Shown one piece after another: positions 51,624-64,000 of a stretch of DNA of 64,000 nucleotides. Location of the stretch: positions 18,106,001 through 18,170,000 of the forward strand of contig CM119371.1 in assembly GCA_051294905.1 (NCBI GenBank). Direction: 5' to 3'. The DNA comes from Botryllus schlosseri (lineage: Eukaryota). Every line of letters starts with the position of its first letter. Position 1 is the first letter of the stretch. The notes beneath the pieces are model-generated. The model ran no database searches, was not told the DNA's origin, and saw only the letters and a program-made list of their open reading frames with translations. The position numbers and the translations under genes were made by a program.

Positions 51624-51887
51624 ATTTTCTGCAATAAGCTTTTAAGGATATCAATTAATTCAATATCTGTAAAATGCAAGTTGCAACGTCAAACTCCATG
51701 TAGCGGATGAAGCAGCAACATACCAGCAAATTATAACACCTGATTAAATGAAGATTACCACTGAGCTTGAGCATGATATACACATAGTATGATAACCAAG
51801 TAAAACTGGACGGCCGGTAAACGGCTATACACAATCCATAACCTGCATAATCCTCATATGACGAGATTAAGGACAAAAGCTCTACAG

Positions 51888-52138
51888 CCGTGGTTTTTAA
51901 CCGTTTTCGTCCAGCGCCCCGTTTCAAAAATTGTCTATGGCGATGACGATTTAATTTTGTATCCCTCAAATACAAGTACATTTAGTTAGTCATTTTGGCC
52001 AAAAAGCTTCCAAACATCTTTAATGTGCAAACCCCCTGGGCCCAGTGCCCCACATAGCTCGCCTGGACGTTCCGTTCCCTTAAAAATTCAAATTTCCCCC
52101 TGGTGCGGGGGCACTGTAGCCATAGGTAAAAACCGCTG
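51888..52138. mobile_element. hAT MITE (251 bp) upstream of paralog 3
   Basis: Ends ccgtggtttttaacc and ggtaaaaaccgctg. TSD ctctacag/ctctgcag. Confidence 0.75.
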
Positions 52139-53714
52139 CTCTGCAGCTATCGTGGATTAGGTGCTGACTGTCGGGAAAAATTATACGTCCACGATGTCAC
52201 AATTTAAATCAAACTAATTCTGACACGAATTCTTCATGCGAGCAGTAAATTTGTCAATGTGATAAATGCCAGTCACCATTACATATTCAATTGTAGCTCA
52301 TTCTTCAGACCACCTGACTCGTGCGCTTGCATGGGGTGAGTGTCGTCCTCATTACAAACCCTGGATATATATGTATGTATGTACCAATGTACCATTGTAC
52401 CTACGTCCTGTACAGGATACTTGATTATTTGTACTTAGACTCTTAGAACTGCATTAGCAATGAGCAATTGAGCATACACAATCAACTTGGCCAGTCCGTT
52501 GGGGTTAGTGCATGGACTGGATCCTGTCATTGATCGTGTCGTTGATCGTGCTAGTCCTATCTCGAGCATCGATCGTTGACGGCTAAGCGAAAGGTCGATG
52601 AGTCGGCGCTGCAACTTTTTCCCAGGCGCGAAATCTAATTACTAAATAATGTCATTCGTCGCTGGAAAACCAAACTGTGTCATGTTCACCTTAAGTAATT
52701 TTGAATCTTTTTTTCTTCTATTACTATTTGGACATATGTCATTTGTTTTAAACGGGTTCCAAGTTCCCTAAGTAGCATGAATTTCTAGTGAAGTTGCGAT
52801 GTGAATCTAAATCTTCAAGGTAAATTGAAAACAAAACTGATTTATATCCAAATGAAGGTCAAAATTTCCAAAAAATGGACATAAGACTGTTTGGTTTTCC
52901 AGCGACGATATGGTTTTGTATATTGACTGCAAATTCACGCTGTGAAATACTTTACACCGCTCTTTGATGTAAAGATACAGAAAAGTTACAGGTAATGGTA
53001 AAATAAAGAGAATTCCGAAAAGTTCTTCCATAGGATAGATTGTTTGATTTTCCAGAGTGCAGACGTGTCATAGACCGTCACATTTTTCTCCATCACAGCG
53101 ATAATCTTGCCATTTCATCGCATCTCGAAGAGGGCCAAGACAAATCCTTATATCAACATAAAGCATAGAGTATTTTGCTGGGATATTTCTTCAACTTGAA
53201 AATTTTCTCCGCTCGATTTAGTTTCGCTACATTTCCCAATTTTAGTATGGAAGCTCACCCCGCCAAGAAAGGGATAGGCATAATTTATAGAAACGAAGCC
53301 TAATCCCCAATTATCAGAGAACGGTATTTTAGTAATATCGCTTGATACCGTTAAGATACCTGATTATAGGGTCAGACATTTCGGCGCCGGCCATTAACAG
53401 CGTCACGACACACCAAGACATGTGACTTCGTGAAGTGTGCAGACAAAAAAATATCGACGGGAGGAAACTTTAGCCGAAAACAACTAGCTGAAATGAGGCA
53501 TGTTTGATGAAATGCCAATTTGGAACCGTGTGCACTTGACTGAAGAAGTGTTTCTTTTGGTTTCGAGTGGTACGTTTGGGCGATTCCAATCATATTTGAA
53601 TACAGCGACAATCCTGACGGGCGGTCACGAAATATCAAAAAGTAACAAAGTATAGCCTACTAAATTATAACAACGCGCCGACCAGAACACGAGCCTAAAT
53701 CTGATTATGTAGAC

Positions 53715-55381
53715 CAGGGGTTCTCAATCAGCGGCCCGCAGACGTTTCTTTTGCAGCCCGCGATATCTTTCATTATAAATGCAATTGTTACTGACACGAT
53801 ATTGTTACATATTAATTTAGCTACTCAGCTCTCTTATCGCACCGTCTCTGTCTCGTTTGATAACTCATTCTTTGATGTGTTATGGTTTCTTGATATATGC
53901 TCGAGTGTAGATTGTTATTGTTTGGAATCGGTATTCGGCTGGACTGGTTCAAGGAACGGGAAATTAAACGGCGGGATCTGGGTTTGTAACTCTGCGTGGA
54001 ACAATCAATTTGCTTACTCAGATATAAATGGAAAACCGATGTGACATATTTGTCGAAGAACAGTTTTCGTAACGAAGCGTAGAAGGTTAAAACTATATAC
54101 TTGCTCGCTCACTCATTGACACAGAGAGTTCCGTTCTCTGGTGGAAGGTTATGACGGTGCATATACTTGCTCGCTCACTCATTGACACAAAGAGTTCCGT
54201 TCTCTGATGGAAGGTTATGACGGTGCATATACTTGCTCGCTCACTCATTGAAACAGAGAGTTCCGTTCTCTGATGGAAGGTTATGACGGTGCATATACTT
54301 GCTCGCTCACTCTTTGAAACAGAGAGTTCCGTTCTCTGGTGGAAGGTTATGACGGTGCATATACTTGCTCGCTCACTCATTGACACAAAGAGTTCCGTTC
54401 TCTGATGGAAGGTTATGACGGTGCATATACTTGCTCGCTCACTCATTGAAACAGAGAGTTCCGTTCTCTGATGGAAGGTTATGACGGTGCATATACTTGC
54501 TCGCTCACTCTTTGAAACAGAGAGTTCCGTTCTCTGGTGGAAGGTTATGACGGTGCATATACTTGCTCGCTCACTCATTGAAACAGAGAGTTCCGTTCTC
54601 TGGTGGAAGGTTATGACGGTGCATATACTCGCTCGCTCACTCATTGAAACAGAGAGTTCCGTTCTCTGATGGAAGGTTATGACGGTGCATATACTTGCTC
54701 GCTCACTCATTGAAACAGAGAGTTCCGTTCTCTGGTGGAAGGTTATGACGGTGCATATACTTGCTCGCTCACTCATTGAAACAGAGAGTTCCGTTCTCTG
54801 GTGGAAGGTTATGACGGTGCATATACTCGCTCGCTCACTCATTGAAACAGAGAGTTCCGTTCTCTGATGGAAGGTTATGACGGTGCATATACTTGCTCGC
54901 TCACTCATTGAAACAGAGAGTTCCGTTCTCTGGTGGAAGGTTATGACGGTGCATATACTTGCTCGCTCACTCATTGAAACAGAGAGTTCCGTTCTCTGGT
55001 GGAAGGTTATGACGGTGCATGTACTAATTGTACTTGCTCGCTCACTCATTGAAACAGAGAGTTCCGTTCTCTGGTGGAAGGTTATGACGGTGCATGTACC
55101 GACTTGGCAACTAATGCAATGCGCGCTCCATGACGGGATATACTTGCGTCGCTGGAAGATTATACTCTCACAAAAAAAAAACTGCGAACTTACGAACTCT
55201 GTCCATTATTGCTTTAGAATGCACGAAAATGTACTGAACGCCCGTATACGACTGGTAAATAGGCTACAGTAGCCTAAATGCATTAGTAGCCCACAAATAC
55301 ATGGAAATAACGTTCTACGGCCCGCAGCGTCTTTTGCTTTTAAATAGCGGCCCGTTATACAAGGGAAGTCGAAAACCCCTG
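53715..55381 (+). mobile_element. hAT element (same family as 61910-63377) carrying a 66-bp minisatellite
   Basis: Ends caggggttctcaa and tcgaaaacccctg. TSD atgtagac/atgttgac. Both arms align to 61910-63377. Confidence 0.9.
54096..55095 (+). repeat. 66-bp minisatellite, about 15 near-identical units
   Basis: Unit atacttgctcgctcactcattgaaacagagagttccgttctctggtggaaggttatgacggtgcat. A 9-bp insertion precedes the last unit. Confidence 0.97.
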
Positions 55382-56002
55382 ATGTTGACTGATATAAAAT
55401 CAAAAATTAATAGCAATTAACAGTTTGGAAATCACTGCATATAAGCTGTAGGTTTATGCGAATAGCAAATTCACCAACATATATGCTTACATAACAGCTC
55501 CAAAGTTCATCAATCTACATCCATGCCATCTGCTACTGACCGATGCTATTGTTGACCGATGTAAATATAAAACATGTTGCGCGTTAATCCTTCTGATAGC
55601 CTATATTCTAAAGAAGAGAATATGGCATTTGTCCTCTCTTCTGGCCGTGTTTTTCCTGCCATATCATAGCTCGACATAAAAACGAGTTTTTAAGAGTCGA
55701 TGTATAGGTTCCAAACTGGCACCACCGTCTGTACTAACGAGATTCGAACCTGGTTACGTTTCTATTTAAACGTATCATATTAACATCGTGGACTTGCGCT
55801 TTATGCGGAAGGAAATCATGTAGCCACGCATTGGTTTATATTTAACCCGACGGTCGAGACTCGCAGACCGTATTTGGTAAAATAAAATCGTGAACTTTTT
55901 ACAGTCGTGACGCACCTTTTGTTGTGGCATCGAAATACTGAAAACAATATGGTCTTTGTGACGTTATAGTAACAATTAAACTGACTTTCGAATGGTGTAT
56001 AT

Positions 56003-57991
56003 CAGTGGTTCCCAACCTTTTTCGGTTGCAGGGCCAAATTTAGAATTTCAGAGTATGGCCGGGGCCGCACGAATACCAAGGCAATGAAAGGAGCCCAAAA
56101 TAGTCACCAAAATACGAAAATTGGCATTGTTCCGATCATTCGCTTGACGCCATTGGCCATTGTGTTGCCGCGCTCCCGTTGTTCAGAACAATCAACCTTT
56201 GCTGGCTATTTCGGATTAGCTTTATTGCCCTGGCGAGATTTCAACTCGTATTTTTGGAATCAGTGCGACACTTGCTTTCGATAAACACCGATATATCAAA
56301 TTATACGCACGCTTGTATACGCATCTCGGCGTATTCAATCGTGAGTCACTTGTTGCACATGCACAATGCACATCTATCCGTAAATTAGTTATCAATACCA
56401 AGGGCCGTAACAGCACTTCGTCAGCCCCCCCAAAAAAAAACGTTTCTCTTGGGAGCCCCATAGGGTGATAAACAGAACTTCGAAACCCCCAGATCTCCTC
56501 AGGCTAGATGGCTATTTACCGCTATTTATCATCTAAATCGGGTGTCCGTTTTACGCAGCATCTATCGATTAATCGCGCGAAGCGCGAAAAATTTATAAAA
56601 TTCATGATCAATATAATCGGGAATTGCATATATATTGGTATCAATTTTTATCCTCTCTCTGCTCACGTAATCAGATTGACCGGTTGAGCCGAGTGAGTGA
56701 TGTGTTGTGCCGAGTGAGGTGTGTTTGAAAAGGTAGGACCACTCAATAATAATTAAACATCTTCGGGCGTATACCTGTTGGCAGGAACGAAACAGCACTT
56801 CGTCAGCCCCCCCAAAACACTTAGGTCTTGAGCTCCCATAGGGTGATAAACCGACCCCCGTGCCTTTGTTCGCTTCTGCCGCGAAATCAGGATCCCCGTT
56901 TAGTGAGCCAGCATGGAGCGCGAAAATTTTCGATAATTCAAAATAAAATAGGTCAATAAGATCGGCAATTGCATATATATTGCTATCAATTACTTGTCCT
57001 CTCTGCTCACGTAATCAGATTTACCGGTAGAGCTGAGTGAGGTGTCTTGGAAACTGTAGGGCCCGCAAATAATAATTAAACATATTCGAACGGGCGAACC
57101 CGTTGGTACGACTTCGTTACATGATGTTATTTGTTATTTCGTGACCTCCAGTCTGCTATATCAAGAAATATAGAATCGCCCGAACATACTAAACTAAAAG
57201 ATGCACACGATTTCAAATTGGTAGTTCTTCACTGGCATATAATTTTTCCCTGCGGGATGGTAGCCTATTTGTCTCGCGGCGTTCAGATTGCCAAGACAGG
57301 AACATTCGGCGCCAGTCATTTAGGTACCTATGGTCAATTATACCAATATGCAGTTTCAATATACATACCGAAGTTGTCGGTCAGCGTAAGGGCAGTCCTT
57401 TTCGGCCAAGGTTTTCTCGCTGCCGATCGTTCTGGCACGCTTCTTGGAATCGCATGTTACATGGCCTAAAACTTTATATGTCTTCGTGCGTCGTGGCGCG
57501 GTAATGGCCAACGCCGATATGCCTACTTCTATAAATCTTTGCGTATTTTATCTTTATCGAAGAGTACCGAATAATTAAGGTACTTGGAAACTTGAAATCG
57601 CGCACAGCGCGAAAAATCTTTGAAAAAGTTGCATAAAATGTCATAAAATACTCTATAATTTATGCTAATTCACTAAATAATTTTAGGCCCCATTCGAGCT
57701 CGCTCCCTCCAATTGGGGGGCTTGGGGTGCGGCAGTTACGGTCCTGTCAATACCTATATCTATAGGTTTACTGCCCATTCAACTGGAGAGTTAGGGCACA
57801 TTGCATTGAAACAGCAATGACTTAATCTTAGCAGTCTACTCACAACTTTCCTGCAGTCCTAATTGAAAACTCCAGACTCCAAGCCAAGCAAATTTTTTTC
57901 ATAAATCGATTTCTCAATATTTTTGTGGGGGCCGCAAGAAGGCTAGGTGGGGGCCGCATGCGGCCCGCAGGGCCGCGGTTGGGAATCACTG
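56003..57991 (+). mobile_element. Non-autonomous hAT host element
   Basis: TIR cagtg(g/a)ttcccaacc and perfect TSD gtgtatat (55995-56002, 57992-57999). Confidence 0.92.
56400..57746 (+). mobile_element. Complete Tip100-like hAT guest element nested in 56003-57991
   Basis: Ends aagggccgtaac and gttacggtcctg. Perfect TSD tcaatacc. Empty site at 45525-45532. Confidence 0.92.
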
Positions 57992-58624
57992 GTGTATATT
58001 CAATATTCATATCCTATGTGTATATGACAGTATAGCAATATTTCATCAGTGTTGTGACTTGTGTTGGTTTCAGTGAATTTTGTTATCTAATTTCCATCTT
58101 TCGCTGACGTGGATTGTGCTTCTGGCCTTCATAATTTTCATGTTAAAATCTGAGCTACAATTTTATCGCTGTCTGAGAGCAAAATACGTTAAGTCTTGGA
58201 TGAAATGTACACGGATTGTAGGGCCCAGCAGTGACGTGCAGTCAGGGGAGGCAACTGAGTCAGTTGCAACTTGCCAGTTGGCAAAACCTATTTCTGTACT
58301 TCTATAAACCAGTAGTTCCCAACGTTTTTGCCTTAATTCCGCACTTCAGATTTATTCCGAGTCTTCATTACCCACTATCCGAAACTATCGCCGTATATCT
58401 TTCAACTTTTGTCATCACGGAGCATCTCTTTGCTTGTTGAATATTAGACACACAACCACGCCAGTACGCAAGACAATCGCTTATAACTGCAACATAAAAA
58501 GTATTGTGAAGATGTGAACCGATACCCGTAGCCCTCAAAATTAAGCGAAAGGGTTATTTTACGTCATACCGATTGTGCTGGATGCGTTTGTGACGCCATG
58601 ATGGGTTATTCAGAGTAGGAATGA

Positions 58625-60210
58625 TAATCCCATCCCAAACCCCCCAATTGGGGGGGGGCGAGCTCGACGGGGGGCCCAAAATTATTTCGTGAATTAGCAT
58701 AAATCATAGAGTATTTTTTGAAAATTTATGCAATTTTTTCAAAATTTTTTCGCGCTGCGCGCGAATTCACGTAGCCATTTATCTTTCTTATTGGGTATTG
58801 GGCCATTACCGCGCCACGACCCACCAAGACATACAAACAAGTTTTAGGCCATATAACATGCGACTCTAAGAAGTGTGCCAGAACGATTGGCTGCGAGAAA
58901 AGCTTGGCCGAAAAGGTCTATGCCCTTATGCAGATCAAAGACTTCGCTATATATACAAAATACATATAGGTTTAATTGTCCATAGGCGCCTAAATGACTG
59001 GCGCCGAATGTTCCTGTCTTTGCAATCTGAACCTCACTAGACAAATACCATCCCGCTGGGAAAAATTTTATGCCAGTGAAGAAATACCAATTTGAAATCG
59101 TGTGCTTCTCTTAGTTTAGAAGCCTACGTTTGGGCGGTTCTATATTTTCTGATATAGCAGACTGGAAGTCACGAAATAACATCATGTAACGAAGTCATAT
59201 CAACGGTTCCGCCCGCCCGAAGATGTTTAATCATTATTTACGGGCCCTCCCGTTTTCAAGACACTTCACTAAGCTCTACCGGTAAATCTAATTACGTGAG
59301 TAGAGAAGACAATAAATTGATAGCATATTATATATGCAGTCGCCGATCTGATTTACCGATTTTATCATAAATTATCGAAAATTTTCGCGCTTGGCGCTGG
59401 CTCTCAATACAGTACGGGTAATTTCGTGACAAACGTGAACAACGTGATGGGGGGGTCGTTTTATCACCCTATGGGAGCCCAAGACCCACGTTCTTGGGGG
59501 CCTGACGAGGTGCTGTTTCGTTCCTGCCAACGGGTATACGCCCGAAGATGTTTAATTATTATTGAGTTGTCCTCCCATTTCAAACACACCTCACTCAGCT
59601 CTACCGGCAAATCTGATTACGTGAGTAGAGAGGACAATATATTGATAGCATATTATATATGCAGTCGCCGATCTGATTGACCGATTTTATCATAAATTAT
59701 CGAAAATTTTCGCGCTTCGCGCTGGCTCACAATACAGTACGGGTAATTTCGTGACAAACGCGAACAACGTGATGGGGGGGCGTTTTATCACCCTATGGGA
59801 GCCCAAGAACCACGTTTTGGGGGGCCTGACGAGGTGCTGTTTTGTTCCTGGCAACGGGTATACGCCCGAAGATGTTTAATTATTATTGAGTGGTCCTACC
59901 TTTTCAAACACACCTCACTCAGCTCTACCGGCAAATCTGATTACGTGAGCAAAGAGAAGATAAAAATTGATAACAATGTATGCAATTCCCGATCATACTG
60001 ACCGATGAAATCATGAATACTAGAAATTTTGATCGCTTCGCGCGCTTAGGCGACTAAAGCTGATTCACTAAAGAAACTCCCAATGAAAATGATGAATAGT
60101 GGTAAACAGTGTATCGCCGGAGGGGGGTCTATAACGTTCGGTCTATAACACTATGGGGGGGCCCAAGACCAAAGTTTTGGGGGGCCTGACGAAGTGCTGT
60201 TACGGCCCTG
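58625..60210 (-). mobile_element. Tip100-like family copy, reverse orientation, with an extra ~325-bp module
   Basis: Terminus gttacggccctg at 60210. Module anchors at 59272, 59597 and 59921. The other end is degenerate. Confidence 0.8.
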
Positions 60211-60366
60211 CTAGTAATGGTAATCATGCTTGTGTCTCCGTAAAAATGTAGACTATCCTGTATATCAGTGCTCGTCGTCGTACACCCCTGACCAGATAAC
60301 GCATTGATTCATCCGTACAGTAAGCCTAATCCAGGAGGGTTCAGCCTCGTTGTTATTCACGGCCGT

Positions 60367-63300
60367 GCTTCGGCATACGGTCGCATTCCGGCGGAGAGTC
60401 GTTGTGACCCGTTTTGACGTCATATGCTCATGTTAAATTGGCTACTGATAAATTCGCACCGCGGAGAGCGCTTGTGGTCTGTGCGATCACTCATTTCTTG
60501 AGATATACCTTGCGTGTATAAGTTTTTAATTGTTGCAGCAGAACATCTCCGCAGGCGTGCTATCTTTGCACCAAAATCGTGAGTATAAATGTTCACAAAA
60601 GTTATCTGGATTCCCATTCTTGTCGCGCGGACCGCGAAAAATTTACGCCTGGAAAATTTCTTCAGTCGATGATATTCGTGGTTTCACATATTACTGTCAA
60701 TCATTTATCCATTTTAGCCCACGTTATCAGATTAAACGATAGAGCAGGTGAGCTTCGAAAATGTTGGGAACAAATTTATGATGATGCATCACCATCCGGT
60801 TTTTATTAATCACTTTGTTGTATGTTGTTATTTTTGGCCTCCTATCATGATTGTAAGCATAGTCGAAATATACGTTGGAATCGAATAACGTAAGAGAAAA
60901 ACGTTCGTTCGTGAGACGCTCACGATTCCGATTTGGTATTTCTTTATGGGATGTATCATTTTGCTCCGCGGTTCGCATTTGCACAGTGGGACTCAGATTA
61001 CACCATTAAATTAAAAATGAAAATTCCGAGTCACCCTGAATCGCGCAAAGCGCGAATAAAATTGTTAAGTTTAAAATCTCTAAACGATTTGGGAACCAAT
61101 CCGTTAATTCAAATTGCATATTAACTGTCGCCAACACACGCCGCATAATTATTGTTTAACGGCTGCATGCGACCGTACGTCTGCAGGTTGGCTACCTCTG
61201 GTCTGTTGAAATAAGGCTGCAACTTATTTGGAATGCTAAATATTAATTAGGACTCGAGGTTGCCGGACAGCCTTCTAGCACAGTGGTTTTGAAATGCGAC
61301 CCCCTGAGACACTCTGTCTACGCCCCTGCAATGATGTGCATTGCCCTATTTATATGAGCATCACGCAGATAGTACCAATCCTAACTGTTGGCGAGAAGCG
61401 AAATCGTACATAATCGCAGATGTCTATTTTATGAGCATCGGCCTGTTAGCTCTTGCCGGTGCTCTGTGCCAAATAAGGCCGTAAATATCGTAGGCCCCGC
61501 ACCAATTCACTATTTCTGAGCTCCCGCGGTGCATGGTTTCCTCGAGAATCATTATAGACAGATATCGCAAGCGGAACATATGTCAATTTCATCCTGTTGT
61601 ACTCCAAATGGAGCCAATTAGTCCATCATCAACGTTTAAATGATGGGGAGAAACTCAGAAACATTTTCATATGATATCACAAAAGGAATGTAACTTATAA
61701 GCAATACGAACAGCTGATATTTACAAGCAATACGTACAGCTGATATGAACATTGTACGATATTGCACACCCGGTCAACATGTTATGAAGCATAAAGTTGC
61801 CAGTTTATTGAGATAGCTTGTCATCGGTCCATTTTAATTTGGATCTGGTGCACCCATGTACAGCACATCTGAGTGGTAAACCCATTTAAACTTTTGGTAC
61901 GCCCTAGGGCAGGGGTTCTCAACCCGCGGCCCGCGAACGTATGTTTTGCGGCCCGCGACATATTTCATCATGAACGCAATTACTATTGGCACGATATTGT
62001 TACATATAAATTTAACTATTTATCTCTCTTATCGCACCGTCTATATGTTTCGTTTGATTACTCATTCTTTCATATGCTCTGGTCTCTTGATATATGCTCG
62101 ACTCTCGTTCAAGAAAACCCCGCTGCGTAATACTCATTTGAAGATTGTTTCACTCACTGCGAATAGTTTGAACACAAACGAGAACAAGGAACGGAAATTA
62201 AACTGCGAACACTGGGTTTGTTTGTAACACTGCGCGGGACAATGTATTTGCTTTCTTAAAAATATATGGAAACCCGATGTGTCATATTTGTAGAAGATCA
62301 GTTGTCGTAACGAAGCGTAGAAGCTTAAAATAATACCACGACGGTTTCTTCTGGAGCTATACACATCGCCTGATCTCCGGAAAAACCGTTGCTAGCTAGG
62401 TGTCAAGCCCAGCAATCCATATTTCAAGCCATTGGTAAAATTACCGACGACGTTACTGACGCGTCTTTCAAAATTGCTTGGAATATCGCTAAACCCAAGA
62501 AATTTGTCGGAAAAGATGTGATTCTACTAAGACTTTAACATACTGTTGGAATATTCGCCGTTTCCGGAACCTAGCAGCAAGGACAACATCACCTGACAAA
62601 TTTTGAAGCTACAGTTTTCTGATTCAACCGCGCCCAGAAGAGTAACAGCAATATCAGCAGATCTTCTATCGCATATTCTGAAACATACGTTGCCGCGTAG
62701 CCTACTTTATCCTAGCATTGGACGAAACCACCGACATACATTGCATACCTAATTATCTTGGTGCATTTGATCGGAGTGGACATATTTGCAGAGGAAATGC
62801 TGACAGGGAAAACGTGGGGAGGGATTAGCGAAAAACATTAGCTTGACAAAGCTGACTTCTGTAGCTAACTATTGGTGCAGAGCTCCAGATATGGCTGGAA
62901 AGGATAAAGGTTGATTGGTATGCTCAGAAATGACCCTGAACGCCAGACTTCTTCTCATATCACTGAGAGCTCAAAGTGATCATGGTCTTTGCAACAAAAA
63001 CGCTACCGTCATTTTCTACTTGCTCGCTCAGGCATTTAAACAGGCATTTAAACAGTTCGGCTCTCTGGTGGAAGGGTTCGAATGGGTATGTACTGACTTG
63101 TCAAAGAATGCAATGCACGCTCCATGAAGGGATTTACTTGCGTCGGTGGAAGACACATATTTTCACAAAAACAGCAACTGCAAACTTACAAACGCTGTCT
63201 ATTAATGCTTTAGAATGCATAAAAATGTATTAAGTGCCCGTATACGACTCGAAAATAGGTTACAGTAGCCAAAATTTAATAGTAGCCCACAAATACAAGA

Positions 63301-63988
63301 TAATAATGTTCTGCGGCCCGCGGCGTCTTTTGCCGTTAAAGTGCGGCCCGTTACACAAGGGAAGTTGAGAGCCCCTGCCCTAGGGTGTACGAAACACCCG
63401 ATTAAAAAGCCTTGCTGTATATAATGTTAAACAAATGCGTTTATTCCCCACCAGAAACCATTGAATTCCCCACCGGTTGAGAACCACTGTTTTAAACTGT
63501 AGAAGTGGATATTTCGTTACCGGCCACCACTACATTTTTATCTAGGCTTCAACTCGGCCATCTGAACCGCGTAACCCGAAGCGGTGTCTTAAAAAACCTT
63601 AAAAGTGAGCCGTAGTCGGCAGTTACGGAATCACAATAAAGAATACCGGCCTGGTGTAAATAACCATTGCACTCAAAAACGCCATGAACACCACAAACAA
63701 CAACACCTGTGTATTTAGCAATGCATAACACTTCGCCGCGCCGTCACCCGGTACCCACGATAGAATATACACATTGAGAAAGGTAGCTCCATGTTGGCTT
63801 CACTTCTTTTCAGGTGGCGTACGATGAGGAGACATCACCCTAAGTACCGCCAGAAGACTGGTTGGTGTCAGATCTGTCGGAGATGACGCGTATAAAGTAC
63901 CCTATCGCCCTTTACAGAGAAACCTGTCCTCCGTTGCAAGCGCGCCAAGGAAGATGGTGCGGAAGTCTATTAGCAAGATATGGATAAA
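60367..63988 (+). repeat. Segmental duplication, copy B (paralog of 1-1937) with extra insertions
   Basis: Direct alignment to 1-1937 at offset 60366. Extra sequence near 60986-61030, 61377-61503 and 61910-63385. Confidence 0.92.
61910..63377 (+). mobile_element. hAT Buster/SPIN-type deletion derivative
   Basis: TIR cagggg(t/c)tctcaac, perfect TSD ccctaggg, empty site at 1342-1349. Remnants VTDASFKIAWNIAKPKK and LALDETTDI. Confidence 0.95.
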
Positions 63989-63990
63989 GG
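63546..63990 (+). pseudogene. Copy 4 of the decayed unknown ORF
   Basis: Frame from 63791 reads MLASLLFRWRTMRRHHPKYRQKTGWCQICRR*, then a frameshifting deletion relative to copy 3. Confidence 0.4.
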
Positions 63991-64000
63991 ATATTAATTA

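Larger units (their letters stand above)
46440..55930 (+). repeat. Duplicated unit carrying 7TM paralog 3
   Basis: Colinear with the paralog-2 unit apart from different TE insertions. Its left end is also homologous to 1450-2010 and 63500-63990. Confidence 0.85.
58310..63489. mobile_element. 5.2-kb composite hAT insertion with nested elements
   Basis: Ends cagtagttcccaac and gttgagaaccactg. TSD ctataaac/ttttaaac (6/8 match). Both flanks are adjacent at the empty paralogous site ~46422-46485. Confidence 0.7.

Noticed and set aside
54093..55049. 318-aa repetitive ORF (MSERASICTVITFHQRTELSVS)n, or a CRISPR-like array
   Set aside because: It is a by-product of a 66-bp unit divisible by three inside a hAT element. 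Units are contiguous with no unique spacers, and there are no cas genes.

Overview
AT-rich animal genomic DNA. It is probably an ascidian (tunicate); that is an inference from my recollection of the 7TM motif family, not a database result. The backbone is a tandem array of duplicated units. Three units carry an intact, intronless 7-transmembrane GPCR-like gene on the minus strand (4681-5799, 23698-24840, 50493-51623), each with a decayed convergent plus-strand ORF/exon of unknown function. A fourth unit starts at the right edge of the window. The array is filled with non-autonomous DNA transposons whose ends can be fixed by TIRs, TSDs and, in several cases, empty paralogous sites: many hAT elements (Buster/Charlie-, Tol2/Ac-, Blackjack- and Tip100-like), one piggyBac-like, one PIF/Harbinger and one MULE. 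The most striking hidden structure is a 72-nt tRNA-Glu(TTC) gene split in its T-loop (5' part 31965-32020, 3' part plus T7 terminator 40886-40910) by a 5'-truncated L1/Tx1-like LINE. That LINE was later interrupted by the Harbinger and the MULE, and it is a candidate tRNA-targeting retrotransposon family. All alignments were done by eye and most short ORFs in the supplied track are judged spurious.
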